64,000 bases of DNA from an uncultured Allomuricauda sp. Its GTDB lineage: Bacteria; Bacteroidota; Bacteroidia; Flavobacteriales; Flavobacteriaceae. Both the position numbers and the translations under genes were made by a program. How positions within the stretch are numbered: position 1 is the stretch's first letter; every line of letters starts with the position of its first letter. Shown piece after piece: positions 38,464 through 47,932 of the stretch. The stretch covers positions 37,779-101,778 of the forward strand of contig CAKZYF010000143.1 of the NCBI GenBank assembly GCA_937884665.1, given 5' to 3'. Below the pieces are notes generated by a model, which saw only the letters and a list, made by a program, of their open reading frames with translations, searched no databases and was not told where the DNA came from.

Positions 38464-39150
38464 TTAGATTTTCATCCGAAGTAAAAGATTGGGGTTTGGA
38501 CAGTTTTTTTGGTAGAAATAAAAGTCTTTTTGAGAACAGACCCCAGGATAATCCCCTTTAAAATCCTGTATGTCCTTAATAATTTGAAAATGTAAATGCG
38601 GAGCATAATTCACGTTGATGTCCGAGGTGCCCAAAGTAGCAAAGGCTTCCCCCCTACGGAATGTTTTTCCCTCATAGAGACCTTCCAATGATTCCAGAGA
38701 TAAATGCCCATATAGTGTGTAAAATAGGAATGTGGTCTCTATATGTTCTAGAATGATCGTGGGACCATAGTTCCCCTGCTCCCTATTGTTCTTAAAACTG
38801 TGAACCCTGCCTTCCCATGGTGCCAGAACCTGAGTTCCTGATTCACACCAAAAATCCATCCCAAGGTGGATATTTCTGGGATTTTCCTCTGAAAATTGTT
38901 CAAAATCATCATAGATACCACGTCGTTCCAAATAGCCACCAAACGCGACCTTTTTTCCGCTAGTCTCTAAAACCGTGTCAATATATGCCTGACAACCTTC
39001 TGGAGTGGTCATTTTATACTTGGAAAGTGTTTTGTTGGTTTTAGATAAATCAAGAGGTACATATTCCGATTGCTGGATTTTTTCATCCAAAATGGAAATG
39101 GGCCCTATGTGATGTTCTTCGAAAAACGTTTCAAACATGTTCTTGTTCAA
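38464..39150 (-). CDS. M23 family peptidase domain protein without signal peptide
   Basis: IHLGMD (HxxxD), YTLYGHLS and PHLHFQ (HxH). Confidence 0.88.
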   Translation of the reverse strand: MNKNMFETFFEEHHIGPISILDEKIQQSEYVPLDLSKTNKTLSKYKMTTPEGCQAYIDTVLETSGKKVAFGGYLERRGIYDDFEQFSEENPRNIHLGMDFWCESGTQVLAPWEGRVHSFKNNREQGNYGPTIILEHIETTFLFYTLYGHLSLESLEGLYEGKTFRRGEAFATLGTSDINVNYAPHLHFQIIKDIQDFKGDYPGVCSQKDFYFYQKNCPNPNLLLRMKI

Positions 39151-39223
39151 TTTACATTAACAATTTTTAACATAGGCCGCAGTAATAGTTAGTATCTTGG
39201 GCCTACTAAGGAAAAAAACCAAA

Positions 39224-39913
39224 ATGAAGATATTAAGAATTCAGTTTTTGGCCATCTTGGTGCTGATATCATTCAGTTGTCGACCAAAAACTACAGATAC
39301 AAAAAAAGCAATTGCACAAAAAAGTTCAGTAGCACCTTCAAAACAGCTGCTTTCTTTCGAAGACCTACAAAAGTATGAGACCGCTTATTTTGCCAGCGGC
39401 TGCTTTTGGTGTGTTGAAGCTATTTTTGAAAGTGTAAAAGGAGTCAAGGAAGTATATTCCGGCTATTCAGGTGGGAAAGAAAAGAATCCATCCTACGAAG
39501 AAGTTGCTTATGGAAGGACCGGGCATGCAGAAGCGGTTGAAGTTTTTTACGACCCCGCTGTCATTAGCTTCACGCAGTTAGTTCAGGTATTCTTCGGATC
39601 CCACGACCCCACGGCATTAAACCGACAAGGACCTGACCGTGGGACGCAATATCGTTCCGTAGCTTTCTATAAAAACGAAGAGGAACAAAAGGTCATACAA
39701 GATTATATTGCGCTTCTGGAATCCAAAAAAGTATACAATAGGCCAATCGTTACCCAAGTAGCTCCTTTTGAGACGTTCTACAAAGCGGAAGAATACCATC
39801 AGGACTATGAAAGGAAAAACCCAAATAACTCCTACATACGCAACGTTTCCATTCCACGGCTCAACCGGTTTAAAGAAAATTTTCAGTCCTTTTTAAAAGG
39901 AGAATCCCACTAG
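39224..39913 (+). CDS. msrA: Peptide-methionine (S)-S-oxide reductase with lipoprotein signal
   Basis: GCFWCVEA, GHAEAV, RQGPDRGTQYRS and AEEYHQDY. Lipobox FSC lies after ATG 39224. Confidence 0.95.
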   Translation: MKILRIQFLAILVLISFSCRPKTTDTKKAIAQKSSVAPSKQLLSFEDLQKYETAYFASGCFWCVEAIFESVKGVKEVYSGYSGGKEKNPSYEEVAYGRTGHAEAVEVFYDPAVISFTQLVQVFFGSHDPTALNRQGPDRGTQYRSVAFYKNEEEQKVIQDYIALLESKKVYNRPIVTQVAPFETFYKAEEYHQDYERKNPNNSYIRNVSIPRLNRFKENFQSFLKGESH

Positions 39914-39943
39914 ACGGACACATAAAATAAGTATCTTGGAACC

Positions 39944-40672
39944 ATGAAAGGAAAGATTTTCATGGTTCTCTTGGTTTTTCTTTCTGCTTGTAAATCCGGC
40001 CAAAAAGAAAATCATCAAATTATAGAGGTCCAAAAGGCGCAAAGTCCCCCCATCATAGATGGAAATGCCTTGGATGCTTGTTGGGGCGGTCCAAAATGGC
40101 TGGCCCTTGACCAACTCTGGTTGGGAAAGGCCTATACCACAGAAGATTTTAATGGACGATACAAACTGAGTTGGGATGAAAATGCCCTATATCTCCTTGT
40201 AGAAATTACCGATGATATCCTTTATGATCAACACAAAGACCCGTTAAAACTTTGGTGGGACGATGATTGCTTGGAGGTTTTTTTGGACGAGGACAACTCC
40301 GGGGGGAACCATCAATTTACCCACAACGCATTTGCGTACCATATCGCCCTTGATGGCAATATAGTGGATTTGGCACCGGACCAACAACCTCGATTGTACA
40401 ATGATCACATAATATCCCAAAGGAAGACCAACGGCAAAAAAACAACCTGGGAAATGAGCATAAAACTATACGATGATAGTTTTGAGGATGGGCAAGAAAA
40501 TTTGCCCAAAGAGCTTCACAAAAAGAAAAAAATTGGATTTGCACTGGCCTACTGCGACAATGATGCGAGTGTGGAACGTGAAAATTTTATCGGTTCAGTG
40601 TTTGTCCCGGGGGAAGATAAAAACCAAGGGTGGATAAATGCAGATGTGTTTGGGACTTTAGTGCTCAAATAG
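39944..40672 (+). CDS. CBM9-like sugar-binding lipoprotein
   Basis: Lipobox LSAC; PIIDG..D..W, WDENALYLLVEITDD, DDCLEVFLD and IGFALAYCDND. Confidence 0.8.
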   Translation: MKGKIFMVLLVFLSACKSGQKENHQIIEVQKAQSPPIIDGNALDACWGGPKWLALDQLWLGKAYTTEDFNGRYKLSWDENALYLLVEITDDILYDQHKDPLKLWWDDDCLEVFLDEDNSGGNHQFTHNAFAYHIALDGNIVDLAPDQQPRLYNDHIISQRKTNGKKTTWEMSIKLYDDSFEDGQENLPKELHKKKKIGFALAYCDNDASVERENFIGSVFVPGEDKNQGWINADVFGTLVLK

Positions 40673-40680
40673 CTTGATTT

Positions 40681-42090
40681 TTATTTTAAAACGACTTCAC
40701 TGTATTTTGATTTTATGTTTATGGTTCTATTTTGGTTATCATTAATGTGATAGCCCTTGTGAACGTTCATGTTATAATTTTTTGAAGTGCCTATGGATAA
40801 TTTTTGGGGGTATTTAAAATCGGAAGTGATCTCGTTCACGTAGATGGTAAAGGGAACCTCAGGTAATTTACAATCTACCTCACCGTTCTCTACGTAGATA
40901 TCCAAATTACTGAAGTCATCCGAAACCGCCTTGATGTACAGCTCTCCAAGGTTGTTATCAACCAATGCTTTATCCACTAGGCGGTCTATAGTGACCTTTG
41001 AGGAAACGGCATTTAGGGATAGTTCCTTGACTTCTTTGAGTTTCACTTTATCCGAATAATTTGTCCTTAGTTGTCCGTGGTTCCATCTTTTTACATCTAT
41101 CGGCGAATAGGATGCCCGAATATCTGTACGTTGACCGTCTATCGTAGTGGCAAGCAAGCTTGCGTAGGACAAGCTTGCATTGATATTTTTGGTGTTCGCC
41201 GCGAGTTTTACCTCCCCGTGCCTTACATTCATTTTTAACTTTACTGACTTTGGCATTTTTACCTTGATTCGCTTTTTTACCTTATATTTTTTATTCTCAC
41301 CATTAGAAGAAAAGTAAAACACATTAGGTTCATTATCAGATTGTATGGATAGTACTTTCCCAGATTTATACTTTTTGATAATCTTATCCCGATTTCTTAA
41401 AATTTTCTCCTTATCGGCCTTGGTTTTTTTTACGAGTGCATCACGCTCGAGCTTCAAAGCCTCTTGTTTTTTCTTATGTACCTCTGCTTTTTCCTTTACG
41501 CTATTGCTCCAAGCCTTTAGACGCTCTTTATATTGTTCATCAAAGTTTTCATCAAACTCCTTCTTCCACCTTTCCAAATATTCATCGCCATTTTTCTTAA
41601 ATGCGTCATAATCAAATTGTATCTGCGGAATCGGTGGCATTGGAGGAAGATCCGGAATAACAAAAATTTCAGGTAGTTCGGGAATTTTAAGGTCTTCAAA
41701 TAAAGGCTCTACAAATGAAATATCGGGAACTACCTCAAAATTGTAATTAAAATCCCAATCTCCGTTTAAAAAACTACGGTTCCCGTTTTTGGTATTTATT
41801 TCAATTTCCCGGCTATTCCCCACTATGGTCACCACGTCATTTTCAAAATACCGTTTCCCTTCTTCCTGGGTGGCACCTTCCAGTTCGATTACAGCGGTAA
41901 TTTCGACTTGGTTCTTGTTCCAGGTCTCGAATTCAATATCTGCATGACTCGTATCAATATTGAGCACGGCATCTGGATTTACCGTGAAACTCTCCTTGTA
42001 GGTCTTTGATTGTACATCCTGCCCGTAGAGGTGCGTTCCTTGGATACAAAAAACCAGAAGGCTAAATACTATAAGACGATTTTTGTTCAT
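40681..42090 (-). CDS. Secreted protein with DUF4097-like beta-repeat regions and Pro-rich/charged linker
   Basis: Signal peptide, LNIDTSHADIEFETW N-domain, IPELPEIFVIPDLPPMPPIP linker, Lys/Glu coil and a beta-rich C-terminus. Confidence 0.65.
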   Translation of the reverse strand: MNKNRLIVFSLLVFCIQGTHLYGQDVQSKTYKESFTVNPDAVLNIDTSHADIEFETWNKNQVEITAVIELEGATQEEGKRYFENDVVTIVGNSREIEINTKNGNRSFLNGDWDFNYNFEVVPDISFVEPLFEDLKIPELPEIFVIPDLPPMPPIPQIQFDYDAFKKNGDEYLERWKKEFDENFDEQYKERLKAWSNSVKEKAEVHKKKQEALKLERDALVKKTKADKEKILRNRDKIIKKYKSGKVLSIQSDNEPNVFYFSSNGENKKYKVKKRIKVKMPKSVKLKMNVRHGEVKLAANTKNINASLSYASLLATTIDGQRTDIRASYSPIDVKRWNHGQLRTNYSDKVKLKEVKELSLNAVSSKVTIDRLVDKALVDNNLGELYIKAVSDDFSNLDIYVENGEVDCKLPEVPFTIYVNEITSDFKYPQKLSIGTSKNYNMNVHKGYHINDNQNRTINIKSKYSEVVLK

Positions 42091-42655
42091 TTTTTGATGA
42101 TTTTAATTGATTCAACTTTGTTTTCAATCTTTGTAGCAACTGCAACCTCAATTGCAGATTCTTTATTAGCGCCGCGATGATATCATCATTGGGACCTAGC
42201 GTATTAAGTTCAGTATTAAGTCTTTCATACTCTTGGTCCAACTCTGCCAATCTTTCCATATACCCATCCACCAGGGTTTTGGTACTGGTATCAAATTCAA
42301 GTGCTGATAGCTGTAAATTGATATTGGCCACATAATAATCCTCAATTTTCTTTAAATCCGGAGAAAGGTCACCTAAAGAAATACCAACGCTATTCGCGGT
42401 TCTGGTCTCTACATCCACGATGGTCGTATTGCTGTCTGGATTGCTCTTTCTAGTCTGGGATACCCAATAAATACCCAAACCCAGAGCCAACACCAACGAA
42501 GCGGCTACGGAAAGCCGGAAATAACTCCTTTTTCCGTTTTGCTTTGGAAATTCCCGCTCCAATCTATCCTGAAAGCGACCGGCATGACCGGATTTCATCG
42601 CATAACGTTTTTCCTTGCGTTCTCTCTCGAACAATTCCCTAAGGTCCCGTGCCAT
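42062..42655 (-). CDS. Putative anti-sigma factor (single TM + coiled coil)
   Basis: Overlaps the ECF sigma gene. TM segment LSVAASLVLALGLGIYWV and C-terminal LIKNLQLRLQLLQRLK coil. Confidence 0.7.
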   Translation of the reverse strand: MARDLRELFERERKEKRYAMKSGHAGRFQDRLEREFPKQNGKRSYFRLSVAASLVLALGLGIYWVSQTRKSNPDSNTTIVDVETRTANSVGISLGDLSPDLKKIEDYYVANINLQLSALEFDTSTKTLVDGYMERLAELDQEYERLNTELNTLGPNDDIIAALIKNLQLRLQLLQRLKTKLNQLKSSKNEQKSSYSI

Positions 42656-43181
42656 AAGCTTTATCTTTTAGCATTTCTTTTAATTGCGTTTTACCCCGTA
42701 ACAAACGTGTCCTTGAAGCAGTGTCGGAAATTTTAAGTATTTCGGATATTTCACCGTGATCATATCCTTCTACCAAAAACAACTGTACCACATACCGATA
42801 TTTTTCAGGTAATCTGTCAATCGCTTTTTTAACATCATCAAGTTCCACATCATTTTCAATACTCCAGTCCGCATCATCTGGTATATGCATATACCCCTCT
42901 TCCAACTGCACCATTTGTTCGCGCTTCGATTTTAAAAAATCTATGCTTCCATTTACCACTATCCTCTTGAGCCAGGCACCAAAAGTCACTTCTCCCCTAA
43001 ATTGGTCAATACGCTGAAATGCCTTTATAAATGATTCTTGGAGCACATCTTCCGCATCATCCTCATTTTTTAGAAACCGCATGGCCACACAGAACATTCC
43101 ATCGCAATATTGCTTGTACAATTGCATTTGCGCTTTTCTGTCGTTTGCTTTGCATTGTTCTACCAGTTCAATTTGAAACAT
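42639..43181 (-). CDS. ECF RNA polymerase sigma-70 factor
   Basis: DAEDVLQESFIKAF, FGAWLKRIVVN, LPEKYRYVVQL and EISEIL...SRTRLLRGK. Confidence 0.95.
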   Translation of the reverse strand: MFQIELVEQCKANDRKAQMQLYKQYCDGMFCVAMRFLKNEDDAEDVLQESFIKAFQRIDQFRGEVTFGAWLKRIVVNGSIDFLKSKREQMVQLEEGYMHIPDDADWSIENDVELDDVKKAIDRLPEKYRYVVQLFLVEGYDHGEISEILKISDTASRTRLLRGKTQLKEMLKDKAYGTGP

Positions 43182-43221
43182 GGCCCGTTTAAAGTCGGTT
43201 TTTAGTGTTGTTCAAATAAAG

Positions 43222-43247
43222 GACGATAAAAAAAAGGGCGCGTTGCA
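43222..43247 (-). promoter_or_regulatory. ECF-type promoter TGCAAC-N16-CGTC upstream of the sigma gene (autoregulation candidate)
   Basis: Minus strand reads tgcaac gcgcccttttttttat cgtc, 40 nt upstream of the ATG. This is the classic ECF AAC/CGT architecture. Confidence 0.7.
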
Positions 43248-43330
43248 CAATCCGCGGTTTTTAATTCATTTTTAACAACATTGGCTCTTCCCAAAACTTT
43301 TTACCTTTATTCCCATCATATTTTACTCTT

Positions 43331-44377
43331 TTGGACCAAAAAACGAACATTCCTGCCAAAACGATATCCAAAATACGGACACGTAGAAAAGAAAATGTTG
43401 ATATCCAAAATTTAGTTGAGCGTATCATAGAGGCAGACAAGGCGGCGCTGGGAAAAGCCATAACCCTTTTGGAAAGCACAAAAAATACGCATAATCTAAA
43501 GGCGGAGGAAATCATTGAAAAATGTTTGCCATACGCCTCCAAGAGTGTACGCATTGGTATAACCGGGGTGCCTGGCGTCGGGAAAAGTACCTTTATTGAA
43601 GTTTTGGGCAAAACACTTACACAATTGGACAAAAAAGTTGCCGTTCTGGCCGTGGACCCTTCCAGTTCACTATCCAAGGGAAGTATTTTGGGGGATAAAA
43701 CCCGCATGGAGGAACTCGCCAAGGACACAAATGCCTTTATACGACCTTCTCCTTCCGGTGAGTCCTTGGGAGGAGTGGCCCGGAAAACGAGGGAGACCAT
43801 TATTCTTTGTGAGGCAGCAGGCTATGATGTCATTCTTGTTGAGACCGTTGGCGTAGGCCAAAGCGAAACGGTAGTGCACAGTATTGTCGATTTTTTTCTG
43901 CTCCTTAAACTCTCCGGCGCAGGGGATGAACTCCAGGGTATTAAAAGAGGTATTATGGAAATGGCCGATGCCATCGCCATAAATAAAGCAGATGGAAGAA
44001 ATATGGAAAAGGCCCAAATGGCCCAAAACGAGTTTTCCAGGGCGCTGCACTTATACCCACCCAAGGAAAATGGATGGATCCCTGAAGTTTTGGTTTGTTC
44101 GGCAACAGAAAATACAGGTATTGTCGAAATCTGGGACACCATTTTACAATTTGTTGCGAAAACCAAGGAAAATGGTCATTTTGGGCAGAATCGAACCCAA
44201 CAGAACAAAAATTGGTTCTTTCAGGCGTTGAATGAACAGGTAGCGCAGTTCTACCAAAAGAACGAAACTTTTAAAAAAACAAAAACCAATATGCTAAAGG
44301 CCATTGAGGACCAAGTTATCTCCCCGTTCACAGCTGCTAAAAAGGTCCTTGAGAGTGTCCAGGGGCAACTTAAATAA
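43331..44377 (+). CDS. meaB: Methylmalonyl-CoA mutase-associated GTPase MeaB/ArgK
   Basis: GITGVPGVGKST, AVDPSS, LGDKTRM, ETVGVGQSE, GDELQGIKRGIME and NKAD. Start codon uncertain. Confidence 0.95.
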   Translation: MDQKTNIPAKTISKIRTRRKENVDIQNLVERIIEADKAALGKAITLLESTKNTHNLKAEEIIEKCLPYASKSVRIGITGVPGVGKSTFIEVLGKTLTQLDKKVAVLAVDPSSSLSKGSILGDKTRMEELAKDTNAFIRPSPSGESLGGVARKTRETIILCEAAGYDVILVETVGVGQSETVVHSIVDFFLLLKLSGAGDELQGIKRGIMEMADAIAINKADGRNMEKAQMAQNEFSRALHLYPPKENGWIPEVLVCSATENTGIVEIWDTILQFVAKTKENGHFGQNRTQQNKNWFFQALNEQVAQFYQKNETFKKTKTNMLKAIEDQVISPFTAAKKVLESVQGQLK

Positions 44378-44383
44378 AAGCAC

Positions 44384-44391
44384 TACATTTG
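44384..44391 (+). promoter_or_regulatory. -7 element (TACATTTG) for GT2-flippase pair
   Basis: Exact TAnnTTTG 19 nt before ATG 44411. Confidence 0.6.
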
Positions 44392-44410
44392 CCATAAGTA
44401 GACCTGACAG

Positions 44411-45373
44411 ATGAATACGGTTACCAATTCCCTCCTCTCCATCGTAGTCCCTTTGTACAATGAACAAGATAATGTGGTCCTACTGACCCAAAAGATTCAT
44501 GAAAGTCTTACGGGATATCAATATGAAGTGATTTATGTTGATGATTTCTCCACGGACGAAACCCGAAAGGTGGTCAAAGACATGGATGATGATAAGATTC
44601 ATCTTATCGAACTAAAAAAAAATTATGGCCAAAGTTTGGCTTTGGCCGCGGGGATTGACTACGCCAAAGGCGAATACATCATCACAATGGATGGGGATTT
44701 GCAGAACGATCCTTCAGATATTCCGACCATGTTACAATTTGCGATTACAGAGGAATATGATGTAGTAACGGGAATACGGCAAAAACGAAAGGACTCCTTA
44801 ATCAAAAAAATACCTTCAAAGATTGCGAATTTTTTGGTCCGCCGGGTTACCAAGTTGGATATCAAGGATAACGGTTGTGCCTTGAAGGTATTCACCAAGG
44901 ATATTGCCAAAGGCCTTAATTTGTATGGAGAAATGCATCGTTTTATCACACTATTGGCCCATTTGGAAGGAGCACAAATAAAACAGGTGCCAGTAAAGCA
45001 CCATGCACGGCATGCCGGCGTATCCAAGTACGGTTTGGAAAGAGTTTTCAAAGTCGTTGCCGATATGATGCTCCTTTTATTTATAAGAAAGTACTTTCAA
45101 CGCCCCATTCACCTTTTCGGTATTTTCGGGGTTTTGCTCATTGTTTTGGGCATTTTCATCAATATTTACCTGTTGATAGTGAAACTGGGGTTTGGCGAAG
45201 ATATTGGAAGCAGGCCCCTATTGATTTTTGGAATGATGTTCATTTTGGGAGGTATCCAGTTGTTCACTATCGGTATTGTCATGGAACTGTTGATACGGAC
45301 CTATTATGAATCGCAACAGAAAAGACCTTACAGGGTCAAAAAAGTTACCATAGGTGCCAGACAAGCTGCGTAA
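44411..45373 (+). CDS. GT2 polyprenyl-phosphate glycosyltransferase (ArnC/GtrB-like)
   Basis: SIVVPLYNE, VDDFSTD, NYGQSLA, MDGDLQNDP and MHRFI, with two C-terminal TM helices. Confidence 0.92.
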   Translation: MNTVTNSLLSIVVPLYNEQDNVVLLTQKIHESLTGYQYEVIYVDDFSTDETRKVVKDMDDDKIHLIELKKNYGQSLALAAGIDYAKGEYIITMDGDLQNDPSDIPTMLQFAITEEYDVVTGIRQKRKDSLIKKIPSKIANFLVRRVTKLDIKDNGCALKVFTKDIAKGLNLYGEMHRFITLLAHLEGAQIKQVPVKHHARHAGVSKYGLERVFKVVADMMLLLFIRKYFQRPIHLFGIFGVLLIVLGIFINIYLLIVKLGFGEDIGSRPLLIFGMMFILGGIQLFTIGIVMELLIRTYYESQQKRPYRVKKVTIGARQAA

Positions 45374-46229
45374 ACGATTGCTTACGGCACTAAAAATAGG
45401 TGTCAGCGCCCTGCTGATTTACTTTATTTTCACCAAAATCAATTTTACTGACGTGATAAAGACCCTAAAAACGGGAAATCCGCTGTATTTACTTTTAGGG
45501 ACACTTCTGGTTCTGATTTCCAAGGTGATCGCTTCTTACAGACTCAATCTTTACTTTCATCAAATTGGTATCAGGATAACACAGGGCAGCAACCTAAGGC
45601 TCTATTTTTTGGGCATGTTCTACAATCTTTTTCTCCCTGGTGGCATAGGGGGTGATGCCTATAAAGGGTATGTTGTTCAAAAGAGATTTAAGTCCGGTGC
45701 GAAGAAAGTGGTTTCTGTTCTTTTATTGGATAGACTGAGCGGCATGCTATTGATTTTCATCTATTCCTGTATTTTGGCTTTTTTTATTAAAAATGAATTC
45801 CTTGCGCCATTTCGGATACTGTTCCTTTTAGCCATACCGGTCAGCATTTTTTCCTTTTGGTGGACCAACCAACGCTTTTTCAAATATACCACCGCTATTT
45901 TTTGGAAGTCCCTAGCTTACTCTGCTTTGGTTCAGTTGGCGCAACTTATCTGCGTTTTTCTAATTTTGATAGCCTTCGATATCACACAATTCTACATTGA
46001 GTATTTACTGGTCTTTCTCATTTCGTCCATTGTTTCTGTAATCCCTTTGACCATAGGGGGTATCGGTAGCCGAGAAGTTACTTTTTTATATGGGGCCAAC
46101 TGGCTCGGATTGGATGCCAATACATCCATAAGTATCAGTTTTGTCTTCTTTTTGATGACAGCGGTGATATCCTCAATTGGAATTATATACCATTTTAAAA
46201 GACCCAAGCTAGAGGTGATTTCAGATTAA
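45354..46229 (+). CDS. Lysylphosphatidylglycerol-synthase TM / flippase-like membrane protein
   Basis: GMFYNLFLPGGIGGDAYK, LLDRLSG and IPLTIGGIGSRE motifs. Confidence 0.85.
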   Translation: MPDKLRKRLLTALKIGVSALLIYFIFTKINFTDVIKTLKTGNPLYLLLGTLLVLISKVIASYRLNLYFHQIGIRITQGSNLRLYFLGMFYNLFLPGGIGGDAYKGYVVQKRFKSGAKKVVSVLLLDRLSGMLLIFIYSCILAFFIKNEFLAPFRILFLLAIPVSIFSFWWTNQRFFKYTTAIFWKSLAYSALVQLAQLICVFLILIAFDITQFYIEYLLVFLISSIVSVIPLTIGGIGSREVTFLYGANWLGLDANTSISISFVFFLMTAVISSIGIIYHFKRPKLEVISD

Positions 46230-47932
46230 TCCAAATGAACTAGGTGCATTTGGTTCACAACCTTCTGTCGGGTATGGGGATTAAGAAATTTGAGTTGCAG
46301 TCGGGTTATCCTAAATTGGTCCACAGAGATTTTTTGATGCCAATGAAAGCCCCTGTTTCCCAAAAGCTCCAGTTCTTCATCATTTACATATACCCAGACA
46401 TCATGTTTCTTCAGCAGCTCTTCTACAGATACTATTTGGACCGGCCTTTTGTTGTAAAAGTCAAGCGCCCAGGTAAATCGTTCTGAAACCTTGTAAATCT
46501 TATCCACCGGGATTTGGTGCTGCTTCACCTTTTGGGACATGGTGGAACCGCCTTGATACTTTAAAAGCTGTGGATAAAAATGGGTGTTCATGACGCCATT
46601 CAACAGTAACGAACTATACACGGAAAGTGTAATGATACGCATATAATAGGCTTCCCGTTTTAAGCAGAAATAGGTGATTACCGCCAGCAAGGTCATCAAA
46701 ATGACATAGCAATATATTTTATCAAACTTGAAGAAATGGAAACATACCAACAGTACAAAGATGAACACTAAACTCAGTACAAAATACTGTATCCCCAAAA
46801 TGATTTTAATCGGATGGTCTTTGGAGTATCGATATAAACTGTGCAAATAAGATGCGGCAAGTATAGAATATAACGGTATCAAAATATTCATGTAATGCGG
46901 TAGCTTAAATTGGGCAAAGCTGATGATAAAGAACAGTATGGTAATGCCGCCCAAAGTAACAAACTCATATTGCGGCTTATATTGAAAACGTAGTTTGATA
47001 AAGGTTTTGACCCGAAACCAATATGCCAACAAGGCCAAAATGGTCCAAGGGAGAAATACCCAAAGAAAAGTATGGAAAAAGAAGAAAAAATCACTACTGT
47101 TCTTTCCATGGCCCTGACCACTTAGGCGTTCAAAGCTTTGCTCCCAAAAAATGAAAAAAATACCGCTTCTATTGGACCTACCACGTATTACTTTTTCGGG
47201 ATGTACATCGAATTGCAAATAGTACGCATATAGCATTGGGGCGATGGTAATACTGAAAACCAAAATAGCGGGAATCAATTTCCAACTCAATAGGCTTTTC
47301 CATTTCCTGGTATACGCCAAGTGGCACAAAATGCATATCCCGATTACCAAAAGCGCTATTTGTCCTTTAGTGGAAAAGGCTACTCCAGCACCGAAAGCTC
47401 CCAAAATGATGCTCGTCAAAGAACCCTTTTCTAAATAGTTGACCAATTGCCAAATAGAAAAAATAGTGAAGCCCGTCAAAACCGCATCGGTTCGAACATC
47501 AATATTAGAAAGGACAATGGTCTGGGCCGTCATAAATATTAAAGCGGAAAACTTCCCAATATCTTTATTGTAGAGCAGTCTTCCCAGACCATAACAACTG
47601 TACGCGCCCAATAACGTGGCCAAAATACCAGGGATACGATATGCCCAATCGTGAATGCCAAATATTTTAAAGGAAAATGCTGCCAACCAATAATGCATAT
47701 GAGGTTTGTCCAGATATTCTTGGGGTCCTTTAAAAAGATTGATAAAATCATTTTCCTGGACCATACGCATGGCCATAACCGCAAATTGGGCAGAATCATT
47801 TTCAAAAAGGGTGACGAACATGCCGGCAACGTATACTATGACAACAAGGGCAACTAAAAACCAGTATCGTACCGAAGAAATCATGTCCCCATTTTTTGGA
47901 ATGCAAATATAGATAACTTGGAAAACAACCAA
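46226..47932 (-). CDS. ArnT/GT-C family membrane glycosyltransferase
   Basis: ENDSAQFA, YLDKPHMHYWL, YRIP, DVRTD, STKG and KLPHY; about 13 TM helices. Confidence 0.88.
   Translation of the reverse strand: MVVFQVIYICIPKNGDMISSVRYWFLVALVVIVYVAGMFVTLFENDSAQFAVMAMRMVQENDFINLFKGPQEYLDKPHMHYWLAAFSFKIFGIHDWAYRIPGILATLLGAYSCYGLGRLLYNKDIGKFSALIFMTAQTIVLSNIDVRTDAVLTGFTIFSIWQLVNYLEKGSLTSIILGAFGAGVAFSTKGQIALLVIGICILCHLAYTRKWKSLLSWKLIPAILVFSITIAPMLYAYYLQFDVHPEKVIRGRSNRSGIFFIFWEQSFERLSGQGHGKNSSDFFFFFHTFLWVFLPWTILALLAYWFRVKTFIKLRFQYKPQYEFVTLGGITILFFIISFAQFKLPHYMNILIPLYSILAASYLHSLYRYSKDHPIKIILGIQYFVLSLVFIFVLLVCFHFFKFDKIYCYVILMTLLAVITYFCLKREAYYMRIITLSVYSSLLLNGVMNTHFYPQLLKYQGGSTMSQKVKQHQIPVDKIYKVSERFTWALDFYNKRPVQIVSVEELLKKHDVWVYVNDEELELLGNRGFHWHQKISVDQFRITRLQLKFLNPHTRQKVVNQMHLVHLD

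Noticed and set aside
39380-39420. Selenocysteine in MsrA
   Set aside because: The active site is encoded as ordinary Cys codons (GCFWC), with no in-frame TGA.
43261-43800. 179-aa antisense ORF and many similar 60-240-aa ORFs (e.g. 10431-11147, 31355-32071, 49556-50110)
   Set aside because: They lie opposite or out of frame within well-supported genes and show no recognisable motifs, so they are shadow ORFs.
28082-44377. A B12/methylmalonyl-CoA cluster (PduO adenosyltransferase plus MeaB)
   Set aside because: The genes are about 15 kb apart, with no mutase or B12 riboswitch seen between them. They are dispersed housekeeping genes, not a locus.
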